From IMG/VR virus record IMGVR_UViG_3300043775_001610, positions 46,253 through 110,252 of that record: a stretch of 64,000 bases of DNA; one strand, given 5' to 3'. This document shows, piece by piece, positions 9,501-19,100 of this stretch. The notes under the pieces were generated by a model that was not told the origin of the DNA, searched no databases, and saw only the letters and a program-made list of their open reading frames with translations. Position numbers and translations under genes: made by a program. The stretch comes from a virus. Every line of letters begins with the position of its first letter. Within the stretch, counting starts at the first letter, position 1.

Positions 9501-11105
9501 GGCATAGTTCCTAAGCCTACTAAAGTCCAAGATAAGGATTTCCAAGAGTTTACAGGAATACCTTCAATATATAGATCTGTCACTAATAAAACAGATGAGG
9601 GCCCAGTTGGACAAGTTGATCCTACTGCTGGAAAGATTGTAGATTACGCTGGGGCATTAACATTTTTAACTCCGTGGCGTTCATCTAGTCGTATGGCTGC
9701 AAATGCCGCAGCTTCTGCAGCACTACCAGCAGCTCCACCATTATCACCAATCGAAATGTTCAGAGGACAGTTTGATAGTTTTGATGTAAGTGGGTTACCA
9801 AAAGGCACTATGAGCACAGGACCAAGAGTAAAACCTTGGGAATATGAAACATACAAAAAAATACTTGCAAGACATTATTTAGCGAAAAAACCAGACCCAA
9901 GAACATTGACTCAACACGAAGTCGCAGTTCTTGCACACCAGAAGGTTCCTGGCTTTGAAGGGTTAAGGGTTCATGACGAATACACTGCAGAGTCAATTGC
10001 CGACAGCTTAAAGTTAAGAGCTACCTTTAATTACACTTCTCCATTGACGAAATCGGTATCCACAGTAGAAGAGCTTTTAAGCAAGTCTTTATTTCATGGT
10101 GGAAACCTACCAACGGTAGATGGAAAAATTGATTTAAAAAATAGAACTGGATTAAACAGCTGGTACGGCGGTCAGATGTTTGCCGCAGAAGATTACAAGC
10201 AGGCCTTAGCATACCTTATGAGATCTCCAGAGAATACAGTCTATTCTGTTACATCTGCATTAAAGAAAGAAGATGTAATAGACCTTAGACATAATGCAAA
10301 CACGCTAGCTTCACAGCAGCCTTATGTATTTGCAAAATTACTAAGAGACATAGAGTCTGGTAAAATTGCACTTCAAGACCATCAGTCAAAGGACTATGTT
10401 ATACAAATGTTGATAGGTCAAGAGGGTGGAAGATATCCACGTGCTGCAGGCTCTGGAGCACTTAGAGATAGAATTTTCCAAAGATACTTCCAAGACATTT
10501 CTCCATGGTTAGCAGAAAACGGAATAAAGGCAATTATTCATAGAAATGGAACAAGAGTTGCTATCCCAGAAATAGGAAAATCCGTAGCAGATAACCCAAC
10601 TAAGGTGCAAGATTTTAGCGAGCTAGGTACCGATGCAATAGCCTACACCACGGTAGAAAATTCAATTGCACAAATACAAAAGCATACTATAACTGGCCAA
10701 ATGGTTAAGGATCTTATTGAAAAAATGGGCAAGGGACAACTACCCTCCTCACTTGAGTCACAAATACTTGCAATGCTTAGAAATCCTACATTAGTACCTC
10801 ATAAAGCATTAGGTGGATTAATTAAATCAACAGGAATGAGACTACCTAAATTTGAGGCGGGAATCAATATGGTTCCACAAGACATGCTAGCGTTAATTCA
10901 TAAAAATGAAGCTGTGATCCCAGCCAATATGAATCCATTTAATCCAAATGCTAAATCTTCAGCAGTAGCATCAGGATCAGTATATAATATTAATGTAGAG
11001 CTAAATGGAACTACAGTAACAGCAAAAGACGTTGCAATGGAAATACATAGAGAAATGAGAATTAAAGAAATGGCATCTGGAGTAAATAGAAAGGTTGGTG
11101 GGTGA
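561..11105 (+). CDS. Tape measure protein (3514 aa) with inserted enzyme-like domains
   Basis: Follows the chaperones. TP901-type core (GRQLTVGLTVPL...AGPVIQQLGG), hydrophobic segments, and TMP C-terminal motifs GGKVFGEGTATSDSIPAMLSDGEYV and LIHKNEAVIPA. Confidence 0.92.
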   Translation: MADEQIVTSIVAKADLSSLVSEVHRASASLQQLQRELLSSNRAIAASTKLANNLFRDTLTGSGQYSSHFVNLNSDVDKFGKNLDAGRLKLKNYFSTFREHATTQKGMIRELAKEQVMLQNAVLQPLGRNAQGLMQYNVMIPRGLDAVRNSAQLARMEMQIMNRALSEGAGSLINWGKNTQWAGRQLTVGLTVPLTMFGAAAGKAFREADAELVRLTKVYGGLASTSAQDLKAIREEVVQTAKSLSQTMGASFKDTIALGADIAATGKMGNDLLESISETTRLSILGEVDRQDAMKATLSIQTAFKQNTEELTESINFLNAVENQTSTTLADLVEAIPKAGPVIQQLGGDVKDLALYLTAMREGGINASEGANALKSGLASLINPTKQTVGMMSDFGIDVMGMVAKNTGDTTGLLTDLQKALDSLDPLSKARAMEQMFGKFQFARMSALLNNLGKEGSQTLQVMELMKASTSDLAGIAERELGMITESASGKYRRAMESLKASLADIGEDFLPVATKLVNAAAKILDFFSNLPSPIKKAVTFLAGFTALVGPLIMLTGVLANFFGYITKGIVQLRAFFMKANGWKMLTPEIIAAQKAAEMVENAFYSDAAAAQVLHNALQKLVLDYQNLQAASMKNAVPVNPGVSTVGGAPVMVAGRRVVDPNDPYVGDVNTRAMSHINPRDPNNPATIFGGVPGAVPVNRGISRTPQVYMHDRLPNIEGLTSIKGISTGIVPGEAAKFHALMATLGMQTKQEVAELKKTIAMGGTVSRELLDTFDDILPITQRFADSAATQAAVIVQQMRNAEITVEQAKARILALNAQIEADMGTAVSMYAAGRGRTLDLTRAPMMDQPVVDANGQFTLRDLYKKKANASVMEEFGRLRGVRTFGAPYSIQTTRMPRFNTGGDVESFGPNKTMVSGPSSINYDDRLGEVPLGGYVLNQQASMDPANADLVAMAPSTYLNNGGSITAALTPREVVFGPQIQRMPELYAAVDAANSGYNFGGQIMAGITGYGKKTSNTPGSKMDERLFKKQYKEYLRFINNPRYEDDMRVRMIMLDAAELSYTAKMPMDQAIKTATSNFDSAKIQSGGSDEKFVKIRIKQVQDLEKKHKELKVKNARTADTSSSKALNYNLNKVRDAMLADKSFAAVHDLIKDVSPTTFKNRKGMPIIQGLHDRAHFRRRGTLGYMTSGYMGLAAVMPSGINNIMSRLETLGLSRDVLNLNAADARENFALALKKTGMDKFATVDDLYAAVMDDGKFKTKAQIESGNVVRANRKQRDSWSMFLRAAATRQKWIPGRPPRLVPAGYNLGGMIPGGAISRNRLNYGNIAPLLRLLTPSQQLKVLGHARAMSFTGRSPYPNTSYSHIISPSTGRSFPVPGVGGVYDDDQKNRVFFKAVPNEKSLVAETHGTAIGRILKVITPVQTRKTIPNPLDPTGKSKFLGAESPYDEGFINPNTSIPGKFSQDEVLDQLITSLIFGNKDLSRANVHGRRLADVGNGGVLAKASMNDDYAKTMPSMEEMAMINLLQVRGGARKDFAHDTAPIIAQMTPKQYGDAIREKMKAAYPELKKYILAIPKKERKPYLAMLERFETGMDVDWAKYHSMHANPKFNAGGPVGGGPVQRNRYAYGRKKDGSRRLGNPAARAAQERARAERSAAYNPSSGSSYTATGNPQMQVARVPFVGGTGVRGNAYTGVPTESMARTVGVMRLAQFPHMNMPTMPMNIPGIGNTSAITAAFASMGNSIKRDSMQLAKAIKFNAQYISMSTKESAMSIVNRTKSAANTVMTYTKAISSQVLASSKAQVSRLKSAGSRFYNSIVAEQNAYAATRYPVGQAPPQGFFGPGYVGKYKDLGEGLQSRKVGSLGFRRTEYLVNGVSMTAKQAKAEGVRIPQRANGMSVGAQMGIGMAGSMGGMALMQQEKVKVFGTEMSGMTAGMGLMAATSIIPMLPLAKMLAGIKAGAASAKAAIQGFSMTMKGLRAGIALLARFAKGFGPIGIAITIATAGFKIYKAIQDDWQDARMGLSMTAKAAEQAGVKYFNLQETMQGYLDKQKAVAVAAKASQFNSIGMPGLPKSVEDVKKAKEEGKALKEVIESINRSTSTEETKRLLSTQKAQYIAGGMSVEEANRKLYGALLNSNKAMQAYDILGNSAFGKIVDKATAAEYAVGNLINTLNKGSGTADWYKEVAVGFEGLINTFQAATSSLIGTKDAMGNVIDDYKAYDMVMSSSEKMYPGFTAPIGEEAYDNLSKTNKLLAGIVTKSDSVKSILAKWSLFTSGVSYDLSKIGPELAIQLAGFSEAVGSGITQLTKAGGDATTFGKVGSALEKLKKQVNAVSAASQRAAAAAQRSAQEELKLLDKKLKAIDDEKNKKLESLRATQEASNYALELQKLQIEYADAVSRGDMAAANRAQLEIDQLTLNRQSELAQKAIEDAANRAKAPIEKSKNAIQDKADRDNNANQNATDNAAQAAEVSEKLVGFQQSYNELIERGIKAKLMPDPERIREEKKVQEGLLALAKELQTAGTGNTALAKAVREGFQKLKLFDKDGNPVSLTTKAPATTGSGMPKIGPDGKVVTPSPIINPDLLKQFSKDMLAVSDIAEKITGGKTNLDRLRVDLLQALGVNPDKLSKTGVAGKTTGTGLPGDPKKYFDSSGREISEKEYKSLPVGAPKGANGVSGETYIVPIKGLSNREFTGYPDVSLKFAKANGGKLTFQDTNGYIYYSNGKVTKDGKTVGAWLAALPGGNGRLKSYHEGGKVFGEGTATSDSIPAMLSDGEYVFSAKAVDAAGGPDVVDNWHKALRRADGGPIYPLGKKPKSAYNSKNQPTGSPYGRYWGELERLYQSSPIGFDKNGKPIFNNAGKDPWGGVEIPGLPFSGKVGQFSDYWHQLAEQPRKYSGPGMGLDKDPMRYAGSGASMGGIGNGAYGVGPLMFHAGGAVGHKHDVNPITKAFRFFKNAMNNGTNPASSMIMDIINQAGYLGQTGLSSLTKGIVPKPTKVQDKDFQEFTGIPSIYRSVTNKTDEGPVGQVDPTAGKIVDYAGALTFLTPWRSSSRMAANAAASAALPAAPPLSPIEMFRGQFDSFDVSGLPKGTMSTGPRVKPWEYETYKKILARHYLAKKPDPRTLTQHEVAVLAHQKVPGFEGLRVHDEYTAESIADSLKLRATFNYTSPLTKSVSTVEELLSKSLFHGGNLPTVDGKIDLKNRTGLNSWYGGQMFAAEDYKQALAYLMRSPENTVYSVTSALKKEDVIDLRHNANTLASQQPYVFAKLLRDIESGKIALQDHQSKDYVIQMLIGQEGGRYPRAAGSGALRDRIFQRYFQDISPWLAENGIKAIIHRNGTRVAIPEIGKSVADNPTKVQDFSELGTDAIAYTTVENSIAQIQKHTITGQMVKDLIEKMGKGQLPSSLESQILAMLRNPTLVPHKALGGLIKSTGMRLPKFEAGINMVPQDMLALIHKNEAVIPANMNPFNPNAKSSAVASGSVYNINVELNGTTVTAKDVAMEIHREMRIKEMASGVNRKVGG

Positions 11106-11698
11106 TGAGTTTTCAAAATCTATCTAAAGGGTCAATATTATACATAGAAGCACCAGACCCATTTGCAATTGATTCAGCTACTAACACATTTGACTACAAA
11201 GGAGCAACAGTAACTGCTCCAGGAAACACATATGATGCTACAACTGCAACTAGAAACGGCCTTGCATATGCTAATAAAACAACTACGACAAAGTTTAGGA
11301 GAGTTACTGAGCACAATAGAGGCCCACTGACATTAGATAACACTAGAATTGAGCAGTCAGCCAGAATGTCAAATGGAACTATGAGAAAGTATTTTATTGC
11401 AGACAAGATAAGTGTTAGCGCTTCTTGGGACATGCTTCCTTCTTTTAGAAACGAAACAGTTGATGGTGGCTGGGGAGCGGAAGATATAAAGAATTTTTAT
11501 GAAAGCGCAGCTGGTAGAGGAGCATTTAAAATAAAGCTTAACCCAACCGTTTTTTCAACAGATCTTATAGAGCAATCAGACGGAGCTCTTGCAGATGACT
11601 ACACTTATACCGTAATGTTTACATCTGCTGATTTTACAGTTGCAAAAAGAGGACTTCAGACTTATTGGGATGTAAGTATAACTTTGGAGCAGGTATGA
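11102..11698 (+). CDS. Distal tail or tail-tip protein
   Basis: Directly after the TMP, about 200 aa, RMSNGTMRKY motif and C-terminal WDVSITLEQV. Confidence 0.6.
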   Translation: MMSFQNLSKGSILYIEAPDPFAIDSATNTFDYKGATVTAPGNTYDATTATRNGLAYANKTTTTKFRRVTEHNRGPLTLDNTRIEQSARMSNGTMRKYFIADKISVSASWDMLPSFRNETVDGGWGAEDIKNFYESAAGRGAFKIKLNPTVFSTDLIEQSDGALADDYTYTVMFTSADFTVAKRGLQTYWDVSITLEQV

Positions 11699-14600
11699 TA
11701 TCCGTAACAACCGCTACAAGCGATTTGCTTAAAAAGGGATATTCAGTTTCAACATCAGCTGGTGCTACAATTGAGTATAATTTAAACACAATGGTGGAAT
11801 ATATAACTGCAACATCTGATGCAATGGAAAACAACTATACAGTTGCTTTCCAAAAGTTGTTTCCAATAGACACAATATATAAACCATTCAGGCCTTTATC
11901 TGCAGGCATTAAATATTTAGTTCATACAACTGGATACACAGATACTCCAGTAGATTCTTTTGAAAATCCTAGAGATATACAAATGGGAACAAAACCAAGA
12001 CTCTACTATCCTGGCCCAGACATGGTATACAAATATTGGCTTGCCCCTAAGAATGAAGACATTAATATATCATTGCAATATTTTTCCGATGAGGCAAAAA
12101 CTACAGCCAAGCTAATACCTACAAATAAAATTATTGCTAGGTTTGAAATTAATCACGATACCCCAACTTCTTGGACCATAACTGGAGTAAAGGAAGATAA
12201 TACAGCTATACCTTTAGCAACTGGTCCTGGCTCTGCGATTAACATAATAACTGGTGAAGTAGCAATATATTATAATGGATCAACATGGTCAACTGACTCA
12301 TCAACAATAAATTATACTAGTTCTCAAAAATTAAAAAAGATATCTTTGTCTGCAGTAAATTCTAATAATGACAAGCTAATTGGTGTTATTGAGCTTAGCC
12401 CTAGGTGGGTACTTTCCCTTGATTCAGACGTTGTTTCATTTTTAGTTAATAAAGAAACTACGTCAGATGATACATCTGTTGTTCCAGTAGGAGTAATAAC
12501 AGCAAACTATTTAAACTTATCTATAATAAAACCACACTCTACATCTAAATCAATTATTGAGTATGATAGGTTTTCTACTACAATAGATGACACTAAAATT
12601 TACTTGTTTAAAAATGCTATTATCAGACCTTATGTAAATATAGGCGAAGGCTCTTCAAGTCAAAAGGTTTACCAAGGCCTATTTTATATAAACTCTTGGA
12701 GCCTTTCAGAATTTGGAGAAGCTTCAATAGATGCTACAGACTCAGCAAAAATATTACAAGATACTTTATGCCCACAATTGCTAGTTGAAGACTCACCAGT
12801 AACTTCAATTATTAAAAGAATACTAGACTCAGTTGGATTTTCTACTTATAAAATTAATTTAAAAAGAGGGCTTTTGAATAAAGTTGATGATAACTCAATA
12901 CCATCACTAGCATATTGGTGGTCAGATGGAGATAAAACAGTTTGGGACGTGCTGCAAGAATTATGCAGAGATATTCAAATGAACGCTGTAGTTGATGAGA
13001 ATAACATTTTAAACTTCTATAGTAGAGATTTTATGTATGATAAGAATAGATCTTCTGTTTGGACATTTACTAGTGAAGATATAAAATCTGGAACAAATTT
13101 ATTATACGCACCAAACATACAGTCTTTATCAACAAAAGAACTTTTTTCTGCAAATCAAGTTAGAGTAAGGTATGCAACAGCATTTACATCTACAAATAAT
13201 GAATCATCTTCACCATTATGGAAATCAGATACATCGTTTCTAGGAGCTGGGGCGCTTGCAAAACCAATAACACTTTCTAGTACAGACTTCGAGCTTAATC
13301 CAAATACGGTAATTGGCGCCAGAACAGATAGAATCATGGATCAGTTCAACGGATATGTTTTAATTAATGGAGAAATTATTGAATATGATGGAGTATATTA
13401 TCAATATGTGCCAAAGGGAGAAGATGAATTTGCACCTCCAGTTCTAATTAAAACTCAGTCAGATATATGGAAATATTCATCATTAGCAAAACCAGGATAT
13501 GAATTTTTTAAGCCAATAAATAAATACAATATTAAAACAAGAGGAGCATTGAAAACTTCTCCAGATACACATGATCCAGCGCCAGATTCATATATAAATG
13601 AAAAACCACCTGCCACGCAATATCCAAACAAGTTTAACATGTTGGGTATAACTTTGGCCACACCAGATACCGCTAAGTCTAAAAAAGAATCAGGAAATTA
13701 TTATATTCCATCTGCACAAGAAGGAAGAAAGATTAAAAAGGGATTTTTGTCAATTCCTAATTTAGATAAAGACAAAAAAAGTTTTAGTATTGCTGTTAAA
13801 GAATTTAACTCAATTGACACATCTAAAAACTATTTTGCATTTGGAACAAGAATGTTTTTTGAAAGCCAGCTTAACACTATAGAGCAAGTAGGAGGAATAG
13901 GATTTTGTTTAAACTCTACTGGAACTAATGGATACTTTTTACTAGTAAGAACAACAGCATTTGCAGGATTACAGAAAAACATAATGATTGTAAGAGTTAA
14001 TCAAAATGGAAAACTTACAGTTTTAAAAGATAGTCAGCAAATTTCTACAAAAACAATGGGAGCAGTAGATCCTGGAGTAGAGTACGGAATCGACGTGTTT
14101 GTTAAAAAAACTAGCCCACTTAAAAATGAAATAACAGTTTTTATTAATGGGTTTAAGATAACAGCAACCGATAGCGGATCAGATTCCCCAAGTACTTATA
14201 TACCTCCAATAGCAATTACTAAAAATGTAGGACTTCACTGTGGTCAAGGAACTGCTTATTTTGAGTATGTTTATGCAGATGACATTACTGAAGAGGTATA
14301 TGAAAAGAATAAAAGCCGTTCTGCTTATGAGCATAATGGTGTTTATTCAGACGATACCCTTTCAATGCTTTATGGAGATATCATTTATAATGATGGAGAT
14401 ACTAATTCGGATAATGCTGGACCAGTCTTTGAGTTTGGAACAACAGCTAGAGAAATTAAAAAAACAAAAATTTCATATGATGACAGGCCAGCAAAGCCTA
14501 TTATGTTTAGAACATCTTTAAATAAATATGTAACTCTTTTAGACCAAAAATTGCAGCCATTTGGAGCAGAAGGATATGTTCTAAATAATAGCTCTGTAAC

Positions 14601-14979
14601 AGTACCACTAGACGATAGCAACAACACAAGCTTTTACGTACTTGGAAATTCAATTACTAGGTCTGGTTTTATAGATTACGATACAGATCAGTCAGAAGAT
14701 TCTTCAAATAAAGAGCCAGTAATATTTCAATCAACCTGGATTCAATCAGAAGCAGACGCTAAAGCGCTAGCAGAATGGATAAAGGCAAGCGTATTGAACA
14801 AAGGAAGAGTTGTTGAGATGAGCGTGTTTGGCAATCCTTTAATATCTGCTGGAGATATGGTTAGCATAAGCTACCCAATATTGGGCATGACAGAATTAAA
14901 CAATAAATATATAGTCACAAAATGCACACTAGAATATAGGGAAGGATTAACTACCTCAATTTCGTGTAGAGCAATCTAA
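11695..14979 (+). CDS. Large tail or baseplate hub protein
   Basis: ATGA overlap start at 11695. TVWDVLQELC and a C-terminal FGNPLISAGD motif typical of hub proteins. Confidence 0.65.
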   Translation: MISVTTATSDLLKKGYSVSTSAGATIEYNLNTMVEYITATSDAMENNYTVAFQKLFPIDTIYKPFRPLSAGIKYLVHTTGYTDTPVDSFENPRDIQMGTKPRLYYPGPDMVYKYWLAPKNEDINISLQYFSDEAKTTAKLIPTNKIIARFEINHDTPTSWTITGVKEDNTAIPLATGPGSAINIITGEVAIYYNGSTWSTDSSTINYTSSQKLKKISLSAVNSNNDKLIGVIELSPRWVLSLDSDVVSFLVNKETTSDDTSVVPVGVITANYLNLSIIKPHSTSKSIIEYDRFSTTIDDTKIYLFKNAIIRPYVNIGEGSSSQKVYQGLFYINSWSLSEFGEASIDATDSAKILQDTLCPQLLVEDSPVTSIIKRILDSVGFSTYKINLKRGLLNKVDDNSIPSLAYWWSDGDKTVWDVLQELCRDIQMNAVVDENNILNFYSRDFMYDKNRSSVWTFTSEDIKSGTNLLYAPNIQSLSTKELFSANQVRVRYATAFTSTNNESSSPLWKSDTSFLGAGALAKPITLSSTDFELNPNTVIGARTDRIMDQFNGYVLINGEIIEYDGVYYQYVPKGEDEFAPPVLIKTQSDIWKYSSLAKPGYEFFKPINKYNIKTRGALKTSPDTHDPAPDSYINEKPPATQYPNKFNMLGITLATPDTAKSKKESGNYYIPSAQEGRKIKKGFLSIPNLDKDKKSFSIAVKEFNSIDTSKNYFAFGTRMFFESQLNTIEQVGGIGFCLNSTGTNGYFLLVRTTAFAGLQKNIMIVRVNQNGKLTVLKDSQQISTKTMGAVDPGVEYGIDVFVKKTSPLKNEITVFINGFKITATDSGSDSPSTYIPPIAITKNVGLHCGQGTAYFEYVYADDITEEVYEKNKSRSAYEHNGVYSDDTLSMLYGDIIYNDGDTNSDNAGPVFEFGTTAREIKKTKISYDDRPAKPIMFRTSLNKYVTLLDQKLQPFGAEGYVLNNSSVTVPLDDSNNTSFYVLGNSITRSGFIDYDTDQSEDSSNKEPVIFQSTWIQSEADAKALAEWIKASVLNKGRVVEMSVFGNPLISAGDMVSISYPILGMTELNNKYIVTKCTLEYREGLTTSISCRAI

Positions 14980-14987
14980 TAGCGTAA

Positions 14988-14996
14988 TGGTATAAT
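14988..14996 (+). promoter_or_regulatory. Extended -10 promoter, leaderless start at 15003
   Basis: TGGTATAAT with ATG 6 nt downstream. Confidence 0.6.
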
Positions 14997-15002
14997 AAAT
15001 AA

Positions 15003-15326
15003 ATGGGAATTCAATCAGGAAAGATATCCGTAATATATGACGATGATCCACGCCTAGCCGATGTTTGGAAGGGTAATATTGGAGACACTAAATCTGTTGG
15101 AGAGTCAGATGGCTTTGGCGGAGGCGGGGGCGGAGATGATGGCCCAGGAGGCCCAGAAAGACCACAACTCAGCGATATAATTTTTAAAGGGTTTCTTCCT
15201 TATAGCGACTCTTCTAATGTACAAAGAATAAAAGCAAAATTTAGAATTTACAATTCAAGCAAAGAAGAGATAGATGGGTTCGCTCTTGCACTAACTAAGC
15301 CAGACACACAGGGAGGAAGACCGTGA
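15003..15326 (+). CDS. Hypothetical tail-module protein
   Basis: ORF with a Gly-rich linker inside the tail module. Confidence 0.6.
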   Translation: MGIQSGKISVIYDDDPRLADVWKGNIGDTKSVGESDGFGGGGGGDDGPGGPERPQLSDIIFKGFLPYSDSSNVQRIKAKFRIYNSSKEEIDGFALALTKPDTQGGRP

Positions 15327-16183
15327 TAACAAAATTTGGAAAAAGATTTTTAACTAGCTATATTGCAGGAACCTCCTCTCTGGATTCAAAAGAGATGGCT
15401 TTGGGTATTGCAACAAATTCTGAGTATCCAATATCTGATACAAACTCAAGATTAGGGTTTGAATTCTATAGGGTTCCAATTAGGCAAGGCGGAATTAATA
15501 TTGATACAACAACATCTCCAACAACTTATACCGTAATTTTTTCTGCTACTCTTCCTACAAACATATCTGGAAAAATTAATGAGATTGGTATATATTCTGG
15601 ACAATCATATGCTAGACATCTTTATAGCAGCAAGTTTATTTCAAATTTCGAATTGCCTTATGAATGGACTCCAGAGCCAGCGCTAGATCAAGTTAACAGT
15701 AGAGTTTTAGATAGCTCTTTAACGTTTACTTCAAACTCTACATCCCCACAAGAGTATACTTATCCACTGTCAAATTTAGATATTTCTGGGTATAACCCAC
15801 TTGATACAATGTGCCTTTGCTATAAAGCAAATGATGCAAACCTGTCTTCTATAAAAGTTAGACTCTACAGTTCTGATTCAGACTATATACAGTTTACTTT
15901 TTCTGGTCATTCGGTAGGAGATAACATTAAGTCTGTATTTATGTCTAGCGGAGTAACAACAGGAACATTTAATCCAGAGAGCGTTAGTAAGGTTGGAGTA
16001 ATAATTACACCAACATCAGCTCAAACATCTGTATCTATGGATGGCCTTAGAATAAATGACGAGGACACCTTTGACCCAGAATACGGATTAATTGCCAGAT
16101 CGATACTTGACTCAACAATGATCAAGGTCCTTGGAAGAGAATCTAAGATAGAGTTTAAACTAGATCTGTCGTTTGGAGTCTAG
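15323..16183 (+). CDS. Tail or baseplate protein
   Basis: MITKFGKRF...LGFEFYRVP...INEIGIY resembles tail-collar or baseplate proteins. Confidence 0.6.
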   Translation: MITKFGKRFLTSYIAGTSSLDSKEMALGIATNSEYPISDTNSRLGFEFYRVPIRQGGINIDTTTSPTTYTVIFSATLPTNISGKINEIGIYSGQSYARHLYSSKFISNFELPYEWTPEPALDQVNSRVLDSSLTFTSNSTSPQEYTYPLSNLDISGYNPLDTMCLCYKANDANLSSIKVRLYSSDSDYIQFTFSGHSVGDNIKSVFMSSGVTTGTFNPESVSKVGVIITPTSAQTSVSMDGLRINDEDTFDPEYGLIARSILDSTMIKVLGRESKIEFKLDLSFGV

Positions 16184-16184
16184 T

Positions 16185-19100
16185 GTGACTGAACAGTATA
16201 AAGATTTAGGAAGAATTACCCAGAGTAAAGACGGAGACTACTGGGAGGTAGAGATATCCGATTTAGATTTTGATACTCAATACTCTCTAGAAGCAGCCTG
16301 GGTATTTTCAGATAAGACCAAAGGCACAAGCCCTTTTTCAGATCCATATAATTTTACAACACCTGAACAAGAAGGCCTTCTGGCCCCACAGTTTAGAGAA
16401 CAAGACTTAGATGCAATAAGCTCAATACTATACATCAACTGGAGCGGATTAAACTCTAGCCTTGTTCCGTATGATTCTTCAATATTTAAACAAGTTAATG
16501 TCTGGATTAAAGGCGGAGATTTTGGAGAACAGTATGTACGCTATGCATCATTTTTTACAAAGGCGGGAACGATACAGATCAATGCAACAAAAGTATCTAC
16601 ATACTGCGTAAAACTTCAGGCAGAAACTAAAGATGGAAAATTTTCACCATTTTCAAATGAATTTTGTGTGACCCTATTAGAGCAGCCAGATCCAGTTTAT
16701 GAAGTTAGACATGAATGGGTTAAAAGAGATTTGGTTTTATTTTGGAAATTCCCTGTAAATTTGCCTAAAAACAGCATGGCTGACTCGTTTGCAGTTCAAC
16801 TAATTGCGGATGGCAAAGACATTACTTTGTATACAAGTGTTGATAAAACTAAAATTCCTCCATTAGAGCATAAAATTGTATTTACCGAAGGACGACTGGC
16901 AGCTATATTTGGTCAAGTAACTGCATTTCAAACAGACTATGACGCATTTATTTTTGTAAGAGATAAAAATCTGCAAACAAGCACAGTAGTTGGATACAAT
17001 GTGACTGCATATGTAGATCCACTAACACCACCAGTTATTTCAGCAATAAAAGGTCCCATGTCCTATAGTGTTTCATTTACAAATAACTCTGAGTTTGATA
17101 GAATATATATAGAAGATAGCACAGACAACGGAGTTACTTGGGTAGATCAGGGCTCGTCTACTTCAAATCCAGTTTATGTTCAACCTACAAACTCTCTTAC
17201 ACGTCAAGTAAGAGCAAGATTTTCTAGAGTGCGTGGAGGGCTTACTGGGTATAGCAATATAGTTTCTGTCACTCCAGATAAAATTGATCCAACAGATGAA
17301 ACTCCGCCAGCAGTACCCACAGTCAACTTCGTATCTTCAACATCATCAACTATAACTGTTAATATTGTTAACTCAGATACAAGTACTAAAGCTCATAGAT
17401 TAAGATTTAGAGAGAGTGGCGCTACCCTTTACCAAACAGACATTGTTCCGTATACAGCAGCAACTACCCCATATACTTTTGGCGGGCTAAAGCCAAATAC
17501 AACCTACAATATATCAGCAGCATCATATGATAGCTTAAATAATTTGAGCGCATTTTCTTCAGATATAAATAGCGTAACGCAATCATTAGCGGCAAATCCT
17601 CCAAGTTCAGTTTCTTTAACTGCTGCAGCATCTGGAGTTCTAGGCTCATGGACAGCGCCATCAGTTCAGCCAGCAAGAGTTGACAGGTATAAGATAGAGC
17701 TGTGGCAAGATTTATCAACTGATGTTTTAATTACTACACAATTTGCCTTTAGCACAAATATATCATTTGGCGGTCTATCTGCAGGATCATATTACATTAA
17801 AGTTCAAACTCAAGATATGTATGGAACACTTAGTGATCCTGTTCAAAGCAGTAGCGTATCGGTATCTGGAGTTGAACCTACCGATGGTCAGGTACCTTCT
17901 AGCTCTCCTGCAGCCACAGTAAATCCTTTATACGGAGCACTTGAAGTTAAGTGGACAGCAATAACAAATTCAGATCCTGTAACATATGAAATTCATTTAT
18001 CCACAACAAATAATTTTACTCCTTCAGTATCAACATTAGCTCTACAGGTTACTGGAACGTTTGCAATAATAAAAACTCTTCCAGGAACATCAACTTCCTT
18101 AACATATGGAACAACTTACTATGTAAAAATATTAGCTAAAGATGCAGATGGTCCTGCAACATCTTATGGAACCCAGGGCTCAGGAATACCATCTGCAATT
18201 GATAATGGAGATATTGCTGCAAATGCAATTCGTGCAAACGTAATACGAGCTGGAGAAATAACAGCAGACCAAGTAAACTCCTCAGCCTTACTTGCAAATA
18301 AAGTTATTACTGTAGGTGCCAGGTCTGCAGTGGTTACAGGAGCCTCTGTATCTGCAGGAAATATAACATATACAACTTCTGATACTCATGGATTTGGAAA
18401 CGGGACACTGGTATCAGTAACTGGTATGTCCAACACAGCATTTAATATTACAAGTTTTGCGATACAATCCACAACAACTAATACATTTGTTGTTGTAGTT
18501 GGTGGATCTGGAGCTAGTGGGTCTTTATCAAATCAAACAGGAGTTGCAACTTCTACTGTAAATACTGCTATAAAAATAGATGCTTCGGGAACAGGTCTTT
18601 CTGCTAGCCCATTTAAGTTATATAGCGGAGCTGGTACATATGCAGATGCTGGAACAAATCCAGGAACTCCCTTTTATCTAGACACTACTGGAAAATTTTC
18701 TTTAAGAGATAGACTGTATTTTGACGGTGCGGGCTTAACGGTTAATGGAGTGATAAAAGCATCATCTGGTAATTTTGATGGGGCTATGACCGTAAACAAT
18801 GGAACCATGAAGATAGGAACTTCAGCTGGCGGAGCAACGGGAACCGATGGCTTATATATAAATGCAAACAACTATTGGTACAGCTCTGGAAATATTAAAA
18901 TAGGAAGTGCTTCTAATCATTTAATTTGGGAGGGTGCAACTCTAAAAGTAACAGGAGAAATAAATGCTGCTTCAGGAAGCATAACTGGCAACTTAACAAT
19001 GACTGGCGGCGGATCAGTAATTGCCAGAACTGTAGCTAACTCTAATAACAGAGTGAATCTAAATTATCTAGGACTTTATGCTTACGATGCAAGTGGAGCA

